In this document: in pieces, positions 26,580-35,299 of the stretch | Position numbering within the stretch: the stretch's first letter is position 1 | Layout of the letters: each line of letters opens with the position of its first letter | Source of the DNA: Dehalococcoidia bacterium | GTDB taxonomy: Bacteria > Chloroflexota > Dehalococcoidia > UBA6926 | Reading direction: 5' to 3' | DNA: 64,000 bases | NCBI GenBank assembly: GCA_965219405.1 | Contig: OZ244736.1 | Coordinates: forward strand, 1,769,445 to 1,833,444 | The notes under the pieces: generated by a model | Database searches by the model: none | Told to the model about the DNA's origin: nothing | Seen by the model: the letters and a program-made list of their open reading frames with translations, nothing else | Program-made: the position numbers and the translations under genes

Positions 26580-27814
26580 GATGCTGACTCCACCAGCGTT
26601 TCAACGGGGTGATAAGTGCCATCAGCGCCAATCACAGTGAGATATACGGCGTCCGAGCCCTGGTTGTCATTCTCCCCGAACTGCAGCCTGAACCCGTCGA
26701 TATTGAGTAACTGGGCGTTCTGCAATGACCGCAGGAAGCATTCTCGGTTCAGTTCCAAGCGGCAGGCGGCAATGCCCACGGCAGCAAGCCTGCCTGCAAT
26801 ATACCCTTCAAGCGAATAGAAATTCGCCTCCGCGTTCTCGTCGTAGGCGCGAAGTGCGTTCTCAAAGGTCACCACAATCTGTTCAGTTTGCTCGGTTACC
26901 AGGGGCATGACCTGTGTTGCATACACTCCTGCGCCACCGTTCCCCAACTGTTCCAACAGACGTCTGTTACCCGCCACGGAAACCGTATAGAACTGTGTAT
27001 GCATACCGGTTCGGTTGGCCCACTTGATCATGGCCACAGCAGGCTCAAACGTACCGATCAGCAGTACCGCCTCCGGGTGGGCCGGCACAATGTCCAGCAG
27101 GGCTGACTTGATCGCATTCGTATTCGCGGTATAGAGCCCCACAGCAACGGGTTCCATATCGTGTGATCTCAGGGCCTGGCGCGCTCCCGCGTAACCACTC
27201 CGTCCAAAGGCGTCGTCCTGATAAAGCAAGGCAATGCGTGTTATTCCGCGTCTGTCAATGAGATAGTCGATGACCGCCTGCGTCTCCTGTTTATAGGAGG
27301 CACGCAGGTTCACCACGTTGTCCGGCGCGCCATCCCGCAGGAATTCCGCGCCCGTGTATGCAGCGATGAACGGGATTCCCTCCTCCGTCGCTATAGGTAG
27401 AACGGCGCGGACTGTTGGCGTACCGGCCGAGCCAAGAATTGCAAAGACCTGGTCCCGTTCGATGAAGCGGTCTACATTTCTGAGCGCCTTTGCCGGATCG
27501 TAGTCGTCGTCCAGCGTGATGAGGCTGAGCTTGCGTCCGTTCACCCCACCCCGAGAATTAATCTCGTTGAATGCAGCCTCGATTCCTATCTGGAGGCTTG
27601 TACCGATCTCGCCGAAATCGACAGATTGCCCGAACAGAACCTGATCATGTGTGACGCCCGGCGTTCCCGCAGCCTGATCCTGCGTTGCATCAGGCTCCGG
27701 AGTCGGAACTTCATCCTCTCCGGGTAAACTGATTTCTGGCAGACAGCCAATCATCAGCATCACGGCTCCGACAGCTACGGCAAACACAATTCGGGCCAGC
27801 TTGGGCTTCACCAT
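26576..27814 (-). CDS. lipoprotein, periplasmic binding protein type 1 (Leu/Ile/Val-binding-like) solute-binding protein
   Basis: 412 aa; signal peptide with lipobox LMIGC; two-lobed PBP1 pattern; stop overlaps the kinase start by 4 nt (translational coupling). Confidence 0.7.
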   Translation of the reverse strand: MVKPKLARIVFAVAVGAVMLMIGCLPEISLPGEDEVPTPEPDATQDQAAGTPGVTHDQVLFGQSVDFGEIGTSLQIGIEAAFNEINSRGGVNGRKLSLITLDDDYDPAKALRNVDRFIERDQVFAILGSAGTPTVRAVLPIATEEGIPFIAAYTGAEFLRDGAPDNVVNLRASYKQETQAVIDYLIDRRGITRIALLYQDDAFGRSGYAGARQALRSHDMEPVAVGLYTANTNAIKSALLDIVPAHPEAVLLIGTFEPAVAMIKWANRTGMHTQFYTVSVAGNRRLLEQLGNGGAGVYATQVMPLVTEQTEQIVVTFENALRAYDENAEANFYSLEGYIAGRLAAVGIAACRLELNRECFLRSLQNAQLLNIDGFRLQFGENDNQGSDAVYLTVIGADGTYHPVETLVESAS

Positions 27815-27827
27815 TCCAGCCTCGCCG

Positions 27828-28226
27828 CTAAAGTTTGGCGACCAACCTCATCCTGTTCTTGTTGTCTGCCCGAACGTAGGAAACGTCATCCATGACTGTC
27901 CGGACGATGTGGATACCCCATCCTCCGATTCGGCGATCCATCATTGGCCCCTCGAGATCGGGGTGAGGCGCGTCATTGATCGGGTTGAAAGGCCGCCCAT
28001 CATCGACAATCTCTATTGTAACTTTGGCGTTCTCTGTCTTCACGGACAAATCGATATAGTGTATTTCTTCATCAGTGTAGCCATAGTTCATGATATTGAG
28101 GGTTAGCTCTTCAAGAACAAGATTGATCTTGTAGGTCAACTCAAGCGGCCACCCGCTCTCCTCACCGAGTTCTTCTATGGCGGCAGTAATGCGGTCCAAC
28201 TCATCGTGCTTAGACTCAATGGTCAT
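27828..28226 (-). CDS. anti-sigma regulatory factor / partner-switching Ser kinase (RsbW/SpoIIAB-like GHKL ATPase)
   Basis: About 133 aa from MTIESKHDELD; N-box ELTLNIMNYG, G-boxes IVDDGRPF and GGWGIHIV; the 183-aa track ORF runs into the upstream gene. Confidence 0.7.
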   Translation of the reverse strand: MTIESKHDELDRITAAIEELGEESGWPLELTYKINLVLEELTLNIMNYGYTDEEIHYIDLSVKTENAKVTIEIVDDGRPFNPINDAPHPDLEGPMMDRRIGGWGIHIVRTVMDDVSYVRADNKNRMRLVAKL

Positions 28227-28251
28227 AGAGATGTTCACAGTGAGTGCCGTC

Positions 28252-29463
28252 CTAGTCGTCCCTGCGCAGAACGAGACAGGTAATGTCATCGTGCTGCGCC
28301 GCAGACCCTGCAAACTCTCTGATGACATCAATGACTGCAAGGGCAGTACTCTCAGGATCCGTAGGCGGCGACTGCACAAAGTGGTCGCGGACCCTCTTTA
28401 TGCCCATCGGTTCCTGGGCCTCGTTCATGGCCTCAGTGACACCGTCCGTCACGAAAATAACGCTGTCACCCGGCGCAAGATCCACACTGTTTTCCATGTA
28501 TTCATAGTCCGGCGCAACACCCAGAACGATCCCCTGGGTAAGGGGAAGCTCTTCCGATGAGCCGTCCGCACGGACGAGCACAGGCGGATTCTCCCCGCCA
28601 CTGGCATAGGTCAGTCGGCCAGACCGGGGATCGAAGACGGAGTAGAGAACCGTAACGAACATGCCCGTTTCATTGTCTTCGACCAGGAGGCTGTTGACCT
28701 CGGTCAGGACTTCACCGGGATGGCCTTTGCCCACGGCGGCGCCCTTGAGCAAGGTGCGCGAGGACATCATGAAGAGTCCTGCGGCAACTCCTTTGTCAGA
28801 CACATCCGCAACCACCAGCCCGATGCGGTCGAACTGGAGGCGCATCAAGTCGAAGAAATCGCCCCCAATATTCCTCGCCGGGCGCATCGTTCCATAGACC
28901 GAATACCCGGCGCCGGATGGGAAAACCGTTGGCAGGATAGACTGCTGCATATTCTTTGCGACATCCAACTCATTCTGGAGGGCAACCAGGCGATCCCGCA
29001 CACTAAGCGCATCACGCAATTCCTGAATATGCCGCAGGGTTCGGTCAATGGTAACCCGTAGATCGTCGAAGTCCACCGGTTTGGTGATGAAGTCGAACGC
29101 GCCGCGATTCATCGCGGTGCGGATATTCTGCATGTCTCCGTAGGCGGAGATGATGACGGAGCGGACATTGGGCTTTGCTTTCGGAATTTCCTGGAGGAGG
29201 GTCAGCCCGTCCATCTGGGGCATGTTGATATCGGACAACACCATATCAATGTCTTCGTCGTCTTCCAATTCCTTCAGGGCTTCAACGCCGTTGTGAGCGA
29301 ATACGAAGCTATACCGACCGGATCGAATCTCCCGACGCATGCGCTGTCGAACAAGGGGTTCAAGGTCAGGCTCGTCGTCAACGACGAGAATTTTGTAGCC
29401 TTGCTGATCTTCCTGCAGTTCTTCAGTCTGCTCGGTGTTTTCGCTGGAAACGTCAGTGGTCAT
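28252..29463 (-). CDS. response-regulator receiver fused to PP2C/SpoIIE-type Ser phosphatase (RsbU-like)
   Basis: REC domain (ILVVDDEP...D phospho-acceptor in MVLSDINMP...K), then PP2C motifs GGDFFD, VADVSDKG, VTDGVTEA, QHDDITCLV. Confidence 0.85.
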   Translation of the reverse strand: MTTDVSSENTEQTEELQEDQQGYKILVVDDEPDLEPLVRQRMRREIRSGRYSFVFAHNGVEALKELEDDEDIDMVLSDINMPQMDGLTLLQEIPKAKPNVRSVIISAYGDMQNIRTAMNRGAFDFITKPVDFDDLRVTIDRTLRHIQELRDALSVRDRLVALQNELDVAKNMQQSILPTVFPSGAGYSVYGTMRPARNIGGDFFDLMRLQFDRIGLVVADVSDKGVAAGLFMMSSRTLLKGAAVGKGHPGEVLTEVNSLLVEDNETGMFVTVLYSVFDPRSGRLTYASGGENPPVLVRADGSSEELPLTQGIVLGVAPDYEYMENSVDLAPGDSVIFVTDGVTEAMNEAQEPMGIKRVRDHFVQSPPTDPESTALAVIDVIREFAGSAAQHDDITCLVLRRDD

Positions 29464-29539
29464 GAGTCTCCCTCAAGGAGCTCGCGGTGAAATGAGAGCA
29501 GGCCGGACAATCACTGAACGGGCCCGTGGCCCCTCCAAT

Positions 29540-29881
29540 TCACTTCGAGATGGCTGCTGCTGCCTCGGCCCGTGTCTCGTGGATCGCGATGATGTTGTCG
29601 AATCCACTGATCTTGAAGACTTCACGAATAGGCTCTGTCAGTGAGCACAAAGCCAATTGCCCTCCCTGACGCTGAAGAGTCTTGGCAGTTAGCAAGATCA
29701 CTCGCATCCCAGCGCTGCTGATATACGACACATTCTCGAAGTCGATAATCAGAGCCTTATCTTCGGGTTGAATTACCTTCTCCAGCGCGGCCTGGAATTC
29801 CTGCGCGCTGCCACTGTCTATCCTACCCTCCGTCTTGGCGACGACGGTTACCTGATCCCTTTCAGCATCGACTTTCAGCAC
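29540..29881 (-). CDS. STAS-domain anti-sigma-factor antagonist (RsbV/SpoIIAA-like)
   Basis: 113 aa; conserved phospho-Ser context DFENVSYISSAGMRVIL. Confidence 0.85.
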   Translation of the reverse strand: MLKVDAERDQVTVVAKTEGRIDSGSAQEFQAALEKVIQPEDKALIIDFENVSYISSAGMRVILLTAKTLQRQGGQLALCSLTEPIREVFKISGFDNIIAIHETRAEAAAAISK

Positions 29882-30079
29882 GGTAACCTCCCACGGTACC
29901 CATATGGATTATCGGTAGTATGCCATACCGCAGACTACTCGACTAGCAATCCTGCCATCTACGTCTCCCCTTACCACTGAGACCTAATGATGCCGCTAGT
30001 TGACGCTTGCTGCAAATCGAGTTGCTTCAGATTCGCCCGACAGGTTCAAACTGTCGCATAATGAACTAACCGTTTTCAT

Positions 30080-30165
30080 GCCGAAGTGGCGGAATGGCAG
30101 ACGCGACGGTCTCAAACACCGTTGGGGGCAACCCCGTGTCGGTTCGACTCCGACCTTCGGCACCA
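30080..30165 (+). tRNA. tRNA-Leu(CAA)
   Basis: GCCGAAGTGGCGGAATGGCAGACGCGACGGTCTCAAACACCGTTGGGGGCAACCCCGTGTCGGTTCGACTCCGACCTTCGGCACCA; class II long variable arm, anticodon loop CTCAAAC. Confidence 0.85.
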
Positions 30166-30228
30166 AGTGAGATGGTCTGAACGTGCCACCTGTTTACTCT
30201 CAGAGTTAATGGGCGGGCACGTCGGCTT

Positions 30229-30302
30229 TGCCCGGTGGTGCAGTGGTAGCACAGGGGACTTTGGATCCTCTGACCCAGGTTCGAATCCTGGCCGGGCAGC
30301 CA
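30229..30302 (+). tRNA. tRNA-Gln(TTG)
   Basis: TGCCCGGTGGTGCAGTGGTAGCACAGGGGACTTTGGATCCTCTGACCCAGGTTCGAATCCTGGCCGGGCAGCCA; U1-A72, G73, anticodon loop CTTTGGA, 3' half nearly identical to E. coli tRNA-Gln. Confidence 0.7.
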
Positions 30303-30308
30303 TAGAGA

Positions 30309-31304
30309 TTGCCGGAGCACGGGAGGTTCAGCATTACTTCAGAGCACGATCCCGGCCAGCCACGGGCACTGGTGACGGGCGGAGCCGGATTCATCGGCTC
30401 GCATTTGGTCAAGCGCCTTGTCAGTGACGGATGGTACGTTACCGTCGTTGATGATCTTTCATCTTCGTCGATGAATGACCAAATAGAGTCTGCCGCCCCT
30501 CTGCACAACCTGGATGTCGCTGATCCATCCCTCGCAGACGTTTTTTCGAAACATCAACCGGAAATTGTCTTTCATCTCGCCGCGCAGGTTTCGGTGGCAC
30601 GCTCGATGCGGGAGCCGGAGTTGGACATTCACACCAACATCGTTGGCGGCATCAACCTTCTCCAGCAGTGCGTCCGATTCGGCGTTAAGCGTGTCGTACT
30701 GTTTTCGACGGGAGGCGCACTCTATGGGGACCCGGACTACCTGCCATGCGATGAATCGCACGCCATCAAACCGCTCTCCGTCTATGGGGCGAGTAAACAC
30801 GCGCTGGAGCAATACACGCGTGTCATCGCAGAAGGTAACGACATTGAGTACTCGATTCTGCGGCCCGGAAACGTGTACGGCCCTGGACAAAATCCTTATG
30901 GCGAGTCGGGAGTTGTTGCGATCTTCGGGTCAAAAATGCTGGCCGGTGAGCAGGTCGACATCCACGGCGACGGCGAGCAGGTGAAGGACTACGTTTACGT
31001 TGATGATGTCGTGGCCGCAAGTATCGCCGCCGCGCGCGCTGGGGCGCCGGCAGGAGGCATTTATAACATTGGTAGTGGCGTGCCGATGTCCGTCAACAAC
31101 ATTTTCTTCCTGCTAGCCGAAGCAACCGGCTATGATCGAGCACCCGTCCACGCGCCCGAACGACCAGGCGACGTGCGTCGTATCTACCTTGACGTCTCAA
31201 GAGCGCGAGATGATCTCGGCTGGACACCGGAGATCGACCTGCGTGAGGGCATCACTCGGACCATAGCCGCTCTACGCCGTGCAAAAGGCATGGCAGTCGG
31301 TTAG
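30309..31304 (+). CDS. NAD-dependent epimerase/dehydratase (UDP-glucose 4-epimerase GalE-like SDR)
   Basis: ALVTGGAGFIGSHL Rossmann motif, catalytic S..YGASK triad; real start may be an internal GTG near 30355. Confidence 0.8.
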   Translation: MPEHGRFSITSEHDPGQPRALVTGGAGFIGSHLVKRLVSDGWYVTVVDDLSSSSMNDQIESAAPLHNLDVADPSLADVFSKHQPEIVFHLAAQVSVARSMREPELDIHTNIVGGINLLQQCVRFGVKRVVLFSTGGALYGDPDYLPCDESHAIKPLSVYGASKHALEQYTRVIAEGNDIEYSILRPGNVYGPGQNPYGESGVVAIFGSKMLAGEQVDIHGDGEQVKDYVYVDDVVAASIAAARAGAPAGGIYNIGSGVPMSVNNIFFLLAEATGYDRAPVHAPERPGDVRRIYLDVSRARDDLGWTPEIDLREGITRTIAALRRAKGMAVG

Positions 31305-31399
31305 TCGTGACCACCTCCACCACCCCGCCTTTCCCCCATAGGCGGGAACCTATATTGTGAATCACACACAACGGCCCTGACTTCCGCCACGTTCGAGAT

Positions 31400-32326
31400 T
31401 TGAGTACTTCAACTGACATGTCTTCATCCATCCCGCCAGCCGGGCGGCCCACGGCACTCTTGCAGAAGCTGCATGATGGCGAGTTCGTCACGACGGTAGA
31501 AGTGCATCCACCGCGCGGATACTCGCTTGATCGAACGCTGGACAGCCTAAAGGGACTCATGGAAAAGGTCCGGATCGATGCCTTCAATGCCACGGATGTG
31601 CCGTTGGCGCAGGCCCGTATGAGCGCAGTTGGGTTGAGTGTTCTCTTACAGCGGCACACGGGGGTCGAGGCGATTCTTCACGTCGCGACACGCAACCGCA
31701 ATGTATTGGCAATCCACGCCGACCTCATTGGCGCGCACGCGCTCAACGTACGCAATACCTTCGTCTTTTGGGGAGACAATCCAACCATTGGCGATTACCC
31801 ACAAGCGAGCAGCCTCTCTGACGTGACATCCTCCCAGTTGATCAACGCTCTCAGCCGCATGAACGCGGGCGAGGAGGTTGCGGGACATATCCTGCCGGAG
31901 CCTACATCGTTCGCAATAGCCTGCGCCCTTAGTCCCAACGCCCCGCACATTGACGAAGAGATTGCGAGCCTGCAACGCAAGGTTGTGGCAGGAGCGCACT
32001 ACATCATGACGCAAACGGTTTTTGATCCTGCGCCGGTACGCCGATTCCACGATCTGCTTGGCGGATTTCCGCTCCCGGTGGTGCTCGGTGTGCTGCCGTT
32101 GCAGAGCGCCCGCCATGCCGAGTTTCTCCATAACAATGTCCCGGGGATGGTGATTCCCGAATCGATACGACGGCGGCTACATGCCGCGGGTGACAGTGGC
32201 CGCGCGGAAGGGGCGGCAATCGCTCGTGAACTTATTGAGGAAACACGCGGAATGATTGCCGGCGTCTACATGATCCCGTCATTCGGACGATATGACGTCG
32301 TGGCGGACGTATTGGCGGACAACTAG
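31400..32326 (+). CDS. metF: methylenetetrahydrofolate reductase family protein
   Basis: 308 aa TIM-barrel MTHFR-family (PF02219-like) pattern, N-terminal domain plus ...GAHYIMTQTVFD. Confidence 0.7.
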   Translation: MSTSTDMSSSIPPAGRPTALLQKLHDGEFVTTVEVHPPRGYSLDRTLDSLKGLMEKVRIDAFNATDVPLAQARMSAVGLSVLLQRHTGVEAILHVATRNRNVLAIHADLIGAHALNVRNTFVFWGDNPTIGDYPQASSLSDVTSSQLINALSRMNAGEEVAGHILPEPTSFAIACALSPNAPHIDEEIASLQRKVVAGAHYIMTQTVFDPAPVRRFHDLLGGFPLPVVLGVLPLQSARHAEFLHNNVPGMVIPESIRRRLHAAGDSGRAEGAAIARELIEETRGMIAGVYMIPSFGRYDVVADVLADN

Positions 32327-32330
32327 CCGG

Positions 32331-32864
32331 TCACATGTGCATGAGCGTGTGGACGGGATAGTCTCCCAAAAGCCCACGCCCCGATAGCTCGGCCAGTTCA
32401 ATCAGAACCGTTGCTCCGACCGTTATTCCACCCGCCTTGTGAACGAGATCTTCCGCCGCCTTCAGCGTCCCGCCCGTCGCGAGCAGATCATCTACCAGCA
32501 CAGCGCGCTGTCCCGGATGAATGCCATCCTCATGCATCTCAACCGTGGCTGATCCGTATTCCAGCGCGTATTCGATACTGACCGTCTTATAGGGAAGTTT
32601 GCCCACTTTGCGAACGGGAATAAGGGGCAGGTCCAGAGCTCGTGCCATCGGTGCGCCGAACAGGTAACCGCGCGCCTCCACGGCGACGATGACGTCAAGC
32701 GGCATGGTTCCGGCGGCCTGCGTCATGCTGTCGATTGCCCAGGCGAACCCCTCAGGATCAAGCAGGAGTGGTGTAATGTCGCGAAACAGGATTCCCTCTT
32801 CGGGAAAGTCGGGGATCTCCCGAATGAGGTGTTCGTAGCTCGTTATACTCCCCACGCTCGACAT
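32331..32864 (-). CDS. apt: adenine phosphoribosyltransferase
   Basis: 177 aa; PRPP-binding motif VLVDDLLATGGT, Apt flexible-loop region. Confidence 0.9.
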   Translation of the reverse strand: MSSVGSITSYEHLIREIPDFPEEGILFRDITPLLLDPEGFAWAIDSMTQAAGTMPLDVIVAVEARGYLFGAPMARALDLPLIPVRKVGKLPYKTVSIEYALEYGSATVEMHEDGIHPGQRAVLVDDLLATGGTLKAAEDLVHKAGGITVGATVLIELAELSGRGLLGDYPVHTLMHM

Positions 32865-32914
32865 TATGCGCCCCCTGACGTTCCCCTGTGTGTATCATCC
32901 ATCCTGTCACGTAG

Positions 32915-34309
32915 ATGATATTTGGCACAAGATATTTCGGGGGACTGATGACGAATTCACAAGGTAGCGCCGCACCTGAGGCGTGGGAATGTGTCGTGCT
33001 CGCAGCAGGCAAGGGATCACGGATGCGAACTTCATTTCCGAAGGTTCTGCATCAAGTAGGCGGAGTGTCAATCATACGTCGCGTTTTAGATTCGCTTTCC
33101 GGCGCTGCCATGCCTGACGTGTCGATTGTCAGGGACGATTCCGGGGCGCTGCCGAAGGCACTCGGGCTCATTTATCCGTATGTCGTGCAGTCTTCACCGA
33201 GTGGGACAGGAGGCGCGCTTGCAGCTTATCTGAATGAGGCTGCAACAGACGCAGACCATTTACTAGTTATCAATGCTGATTTGCCACTGATTACGCCTGA
33301 ATCCTTGATTAGGCTCAAGGATGCTCACGAATCAAGGACCGACGTTGCTGTTACGTTTTTCACAATGTTGACATCGAGTAACGCGAATTACGGGCGAGTT
33401 CTGCGTTCTGAGGACGGAAAGGTGGCGGAGATTATCGAGGCCGGCAATCCGCGGCACGCGGACACGCCGGCGGAGGGAAATGCCGGCGTTTATGCCCTCG
33501 ATCTTGCGTGGGCACGGACGGCGGTGAACCGGTTGTCCCTGCACGAGGACGGGGAGTATTACATCACAGACCTTGTCAAGCTGGCGGTAGCAGACGGGCG
33601 CGGTGTTGAGGCGGTGGAAATCGATGCCGAGGAGGCGATCGGGGTGAATACTTTAGTGGACCTAGCAGAGGCGGAACGGGTGGCGCGGCGGCGGACACTG
33701 GAGTCGCTGATGCTGTCCGGCGTGACGATCATCGATCCTGCATCAACGTATATCGACGCGACAGTGACGATCGCGGCGGATACGGTCATTCAGCCCAATA
33801 CGCATATCTCAGGGGCAACAACTATCGGGGCGGGGTGCGAGATTGGGCCGGACGCGCATATCGTCGATTCGACTATCGGGGAAGGGTGCGTCGTGCGGGG
33901 GTCATGGCTGGACGAGGTGACGCTGGAGGGCGGTGTCTCGGTGGGGCCGTTCGCGCGGCTGCGGCCGGGCACGCATATCGGCCGGGATGCCCACATCGGC
34001 AGCTTTGGGGAGATCAAGGCGAGTCGGATCGGCAGTCGGACGGCGATGGGGCATTTCGGGTATGTGGGCGATGCCGAGATTGGCGACGACGTGAATATCG
34101 GTGCGGGGGCCGTGACGTGCAATTTCGACGGCGTCGACAAGCATCGAACAGTCGTTGGCGACGGGGCGTTCATCGGCAGCGGTTCGTTGCTTGTGGCGCC
34201 GGTAGAGGTTGGGGACAAAGCGTACACGGCGGCAGGGGCGGTTGTGACGCGCAACGTGGCGGCGGGGACGACGGTTGCGGGGGTTCCGGCGGAGTATATC
34301 AGCCGATAG
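32915..34309 (+). CDS. glmU: bifunctional UDP-N-acetylglucosamine pyrophosphorylase / glucosamine-1-phosphate N-acetyltransferase
   Basis: N-terminal LAAGKGSRM nucleotidyltransferase motif; C-terminal left-handed beta-helix hexapeptide repeats; probable start MTNSQG at 32945. Confidence 0.9.
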   Translation: MIFGTRYFGGLMTNSQGSAAPEAWECVVLAAGKGSRMRTSFPKVLHQVGGVSIIRRVLDSLSGAAMPDVSIVRDDSGALPKALGLIYPYVVQSSPSGTGGALAAYLNEAATDADHLLVINADLPLITPESLIRLKDAHESRTDVAVTFFTMLTSSNANYGRVLRSEDGKVAEIIEAGNPRHADTPAEGNAGVYALDLAWARTAVNRLSLHEDGEYYITDLVKLAVADGRGVEAVEIDAEEAIGVNTLVDLAEAERVARRRTLESLMLSGVTIIDPASTYIDATVTIAADTVIQPNTHISGATTIGAGCEIGPDAHIVDSTIGEGCVVRGSWLDEVTLEGGVSVGPFARLRPGTHIGRDAHIGSFGEIKASRIGSRTAMGHFGYVGDAEIGDDVNIGAGAVTCNFDGVDKHRTVVGDGAFIGSGSLLVAPVEVGDKAYTAAGAVVTRNVAAGTTVAGVPAEYISR

Positions 34310-34359
34310 GCAGTGCCTACAGCCAAAGTTCGCGATCAGGGTGAATGGGGGGGTTCTGG

Positions 34360-34424
34360 ATTCCCGCTTTCGCGGGAATGACGGCGGGAGAGACCCTTCG
34401 ACGGGGCTCAGGGTGAACGGGGGC
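34360..34424. repeat. composite palindromic repeat: family 1 hairpin ATTCCCGC-TTTC-GCGGGAAT + GACGG, then family 2 motif GACCCTTCGACGGGGCTCAGGGTGAACGGGGG
   Basis: Same motifs recur at 34971-35015, 37933-37968, 40037-40084, 41846-41930, 42956-43036, 44047-44090; a partial family 2 copy lies at 34331-34350. Confidence 0.7.
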
Positions 34425-34430
34425 AGGGGG

Positions 34431-35237
34431 TTAGGCCAAGAGGCTGATTAGGGCGCCGAGGGCGATGGCGATTCCCGCGGCGGCGACGAATCGGGCTAGG
34501 CTGACTCGGGTTGCCCATGCGAGGATGGCTCGGATGGCGAGGGTTCCGACGATTGCCGCGGTCATCATTCCGACGATTGCAGGCCATCCGACGATTGTGT
34601 CAGAGGTGCTGACGGCCAGCAGGCCCGCTCCAAGGCTCGCCGGAATCCCCATGAGGACGCTGAGCACGACGGCCTCGCGGTGGCTGCAATCCCGCGTGAG
34701 CAGCACGGCGACGGTCAGCCCCGTGCGGCTGAGGCCGGGAATGACGGCAAGCGCCTGTGCAACACCGGCGATGACCGCATCCGCGGGGGTGACATCAGCC
34801 CTGCCCCGTTCGCCCTGCCATAGTCCACAACGGATGGTGAATGCCGTCGCGAGCATGGCCAGGCCGATGAGCAGCATCGCAGCGCTGCCAAGCAGATCCG
34901 CGACTTCGCCCAGGATCAGGAAGAGCGGCACGCCGATGATCGCGGTGACGAGTGTGCTGAGACCGAGGAATCGAACGGGGGCGACCCTTCGACTGCGCTC
35001 AGGGTGAACGGGGGCGGTGACTGCCTCGCGGATTATCGATGTGATCTCGCCCCTCATTGCTATGGCGGCGGACAAGGCGGTGCCGACATGCAGCCAGAGG
35101 GCGATGGCGATGGCGTCCGAGGGCCCGGCGTCGTTGATCCACGTCGAGACGAGGGCGACGACGCCCTGTGAGCTGACGGGAATCCATTCGGTGATTCCCT
35201 GGATGATGCCGAGGATTAGAGCGGACTCGGTGGACAT
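34431..35237 (-). CDS. uppP: undecaprenyl-diphosphate phosphatase
   Basis: 268 aa, 8 TM; GIIQGITEWIPVSSQG and PG(L)SRTG motifs of BacA/UppP. Confidence 0.85.
   Translation of the reverse strand: MSTESALILGIIQGITEWIPVSSQGVVALVSTWINDAGPSDAIAIALWLHVGTALSAAIAMRGEITSIIREAVTAPVHPERSRRVAPVRFLGLSTLVTAIIGVPLFLILGEVADLLGSAAMLLIGLAMLATAFTIRCGLWQGERGRADVTPADAVIAGVAQALAVIPGLSRTGLTVAVLLTRDCSHREAVVLSVLMGIPASLGAGLLAVSTSDTIVGWPAIVGMMTAAIVGTLAIRAILAWATRVSLARFVAAAGIAIALGALISLLA
34971..35015. repeat. family 2 repeat copy embedded in frame inside uppP (encodes loop APVHPERSRRVAPV)
   Basis: TCGAACGGGGGCGACCCTTCGACTGCGCTCAGGGTGAACGGGGGC matches the intergenic copies at 34392 and 37933. Confidence 0.65.
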
Positions 35238-35299
35238 GCGGACCCCCTACGTGATTGTAGGGGGACTCGGAACAATGAAAGTCCGGAGGGGGTCGTGAT

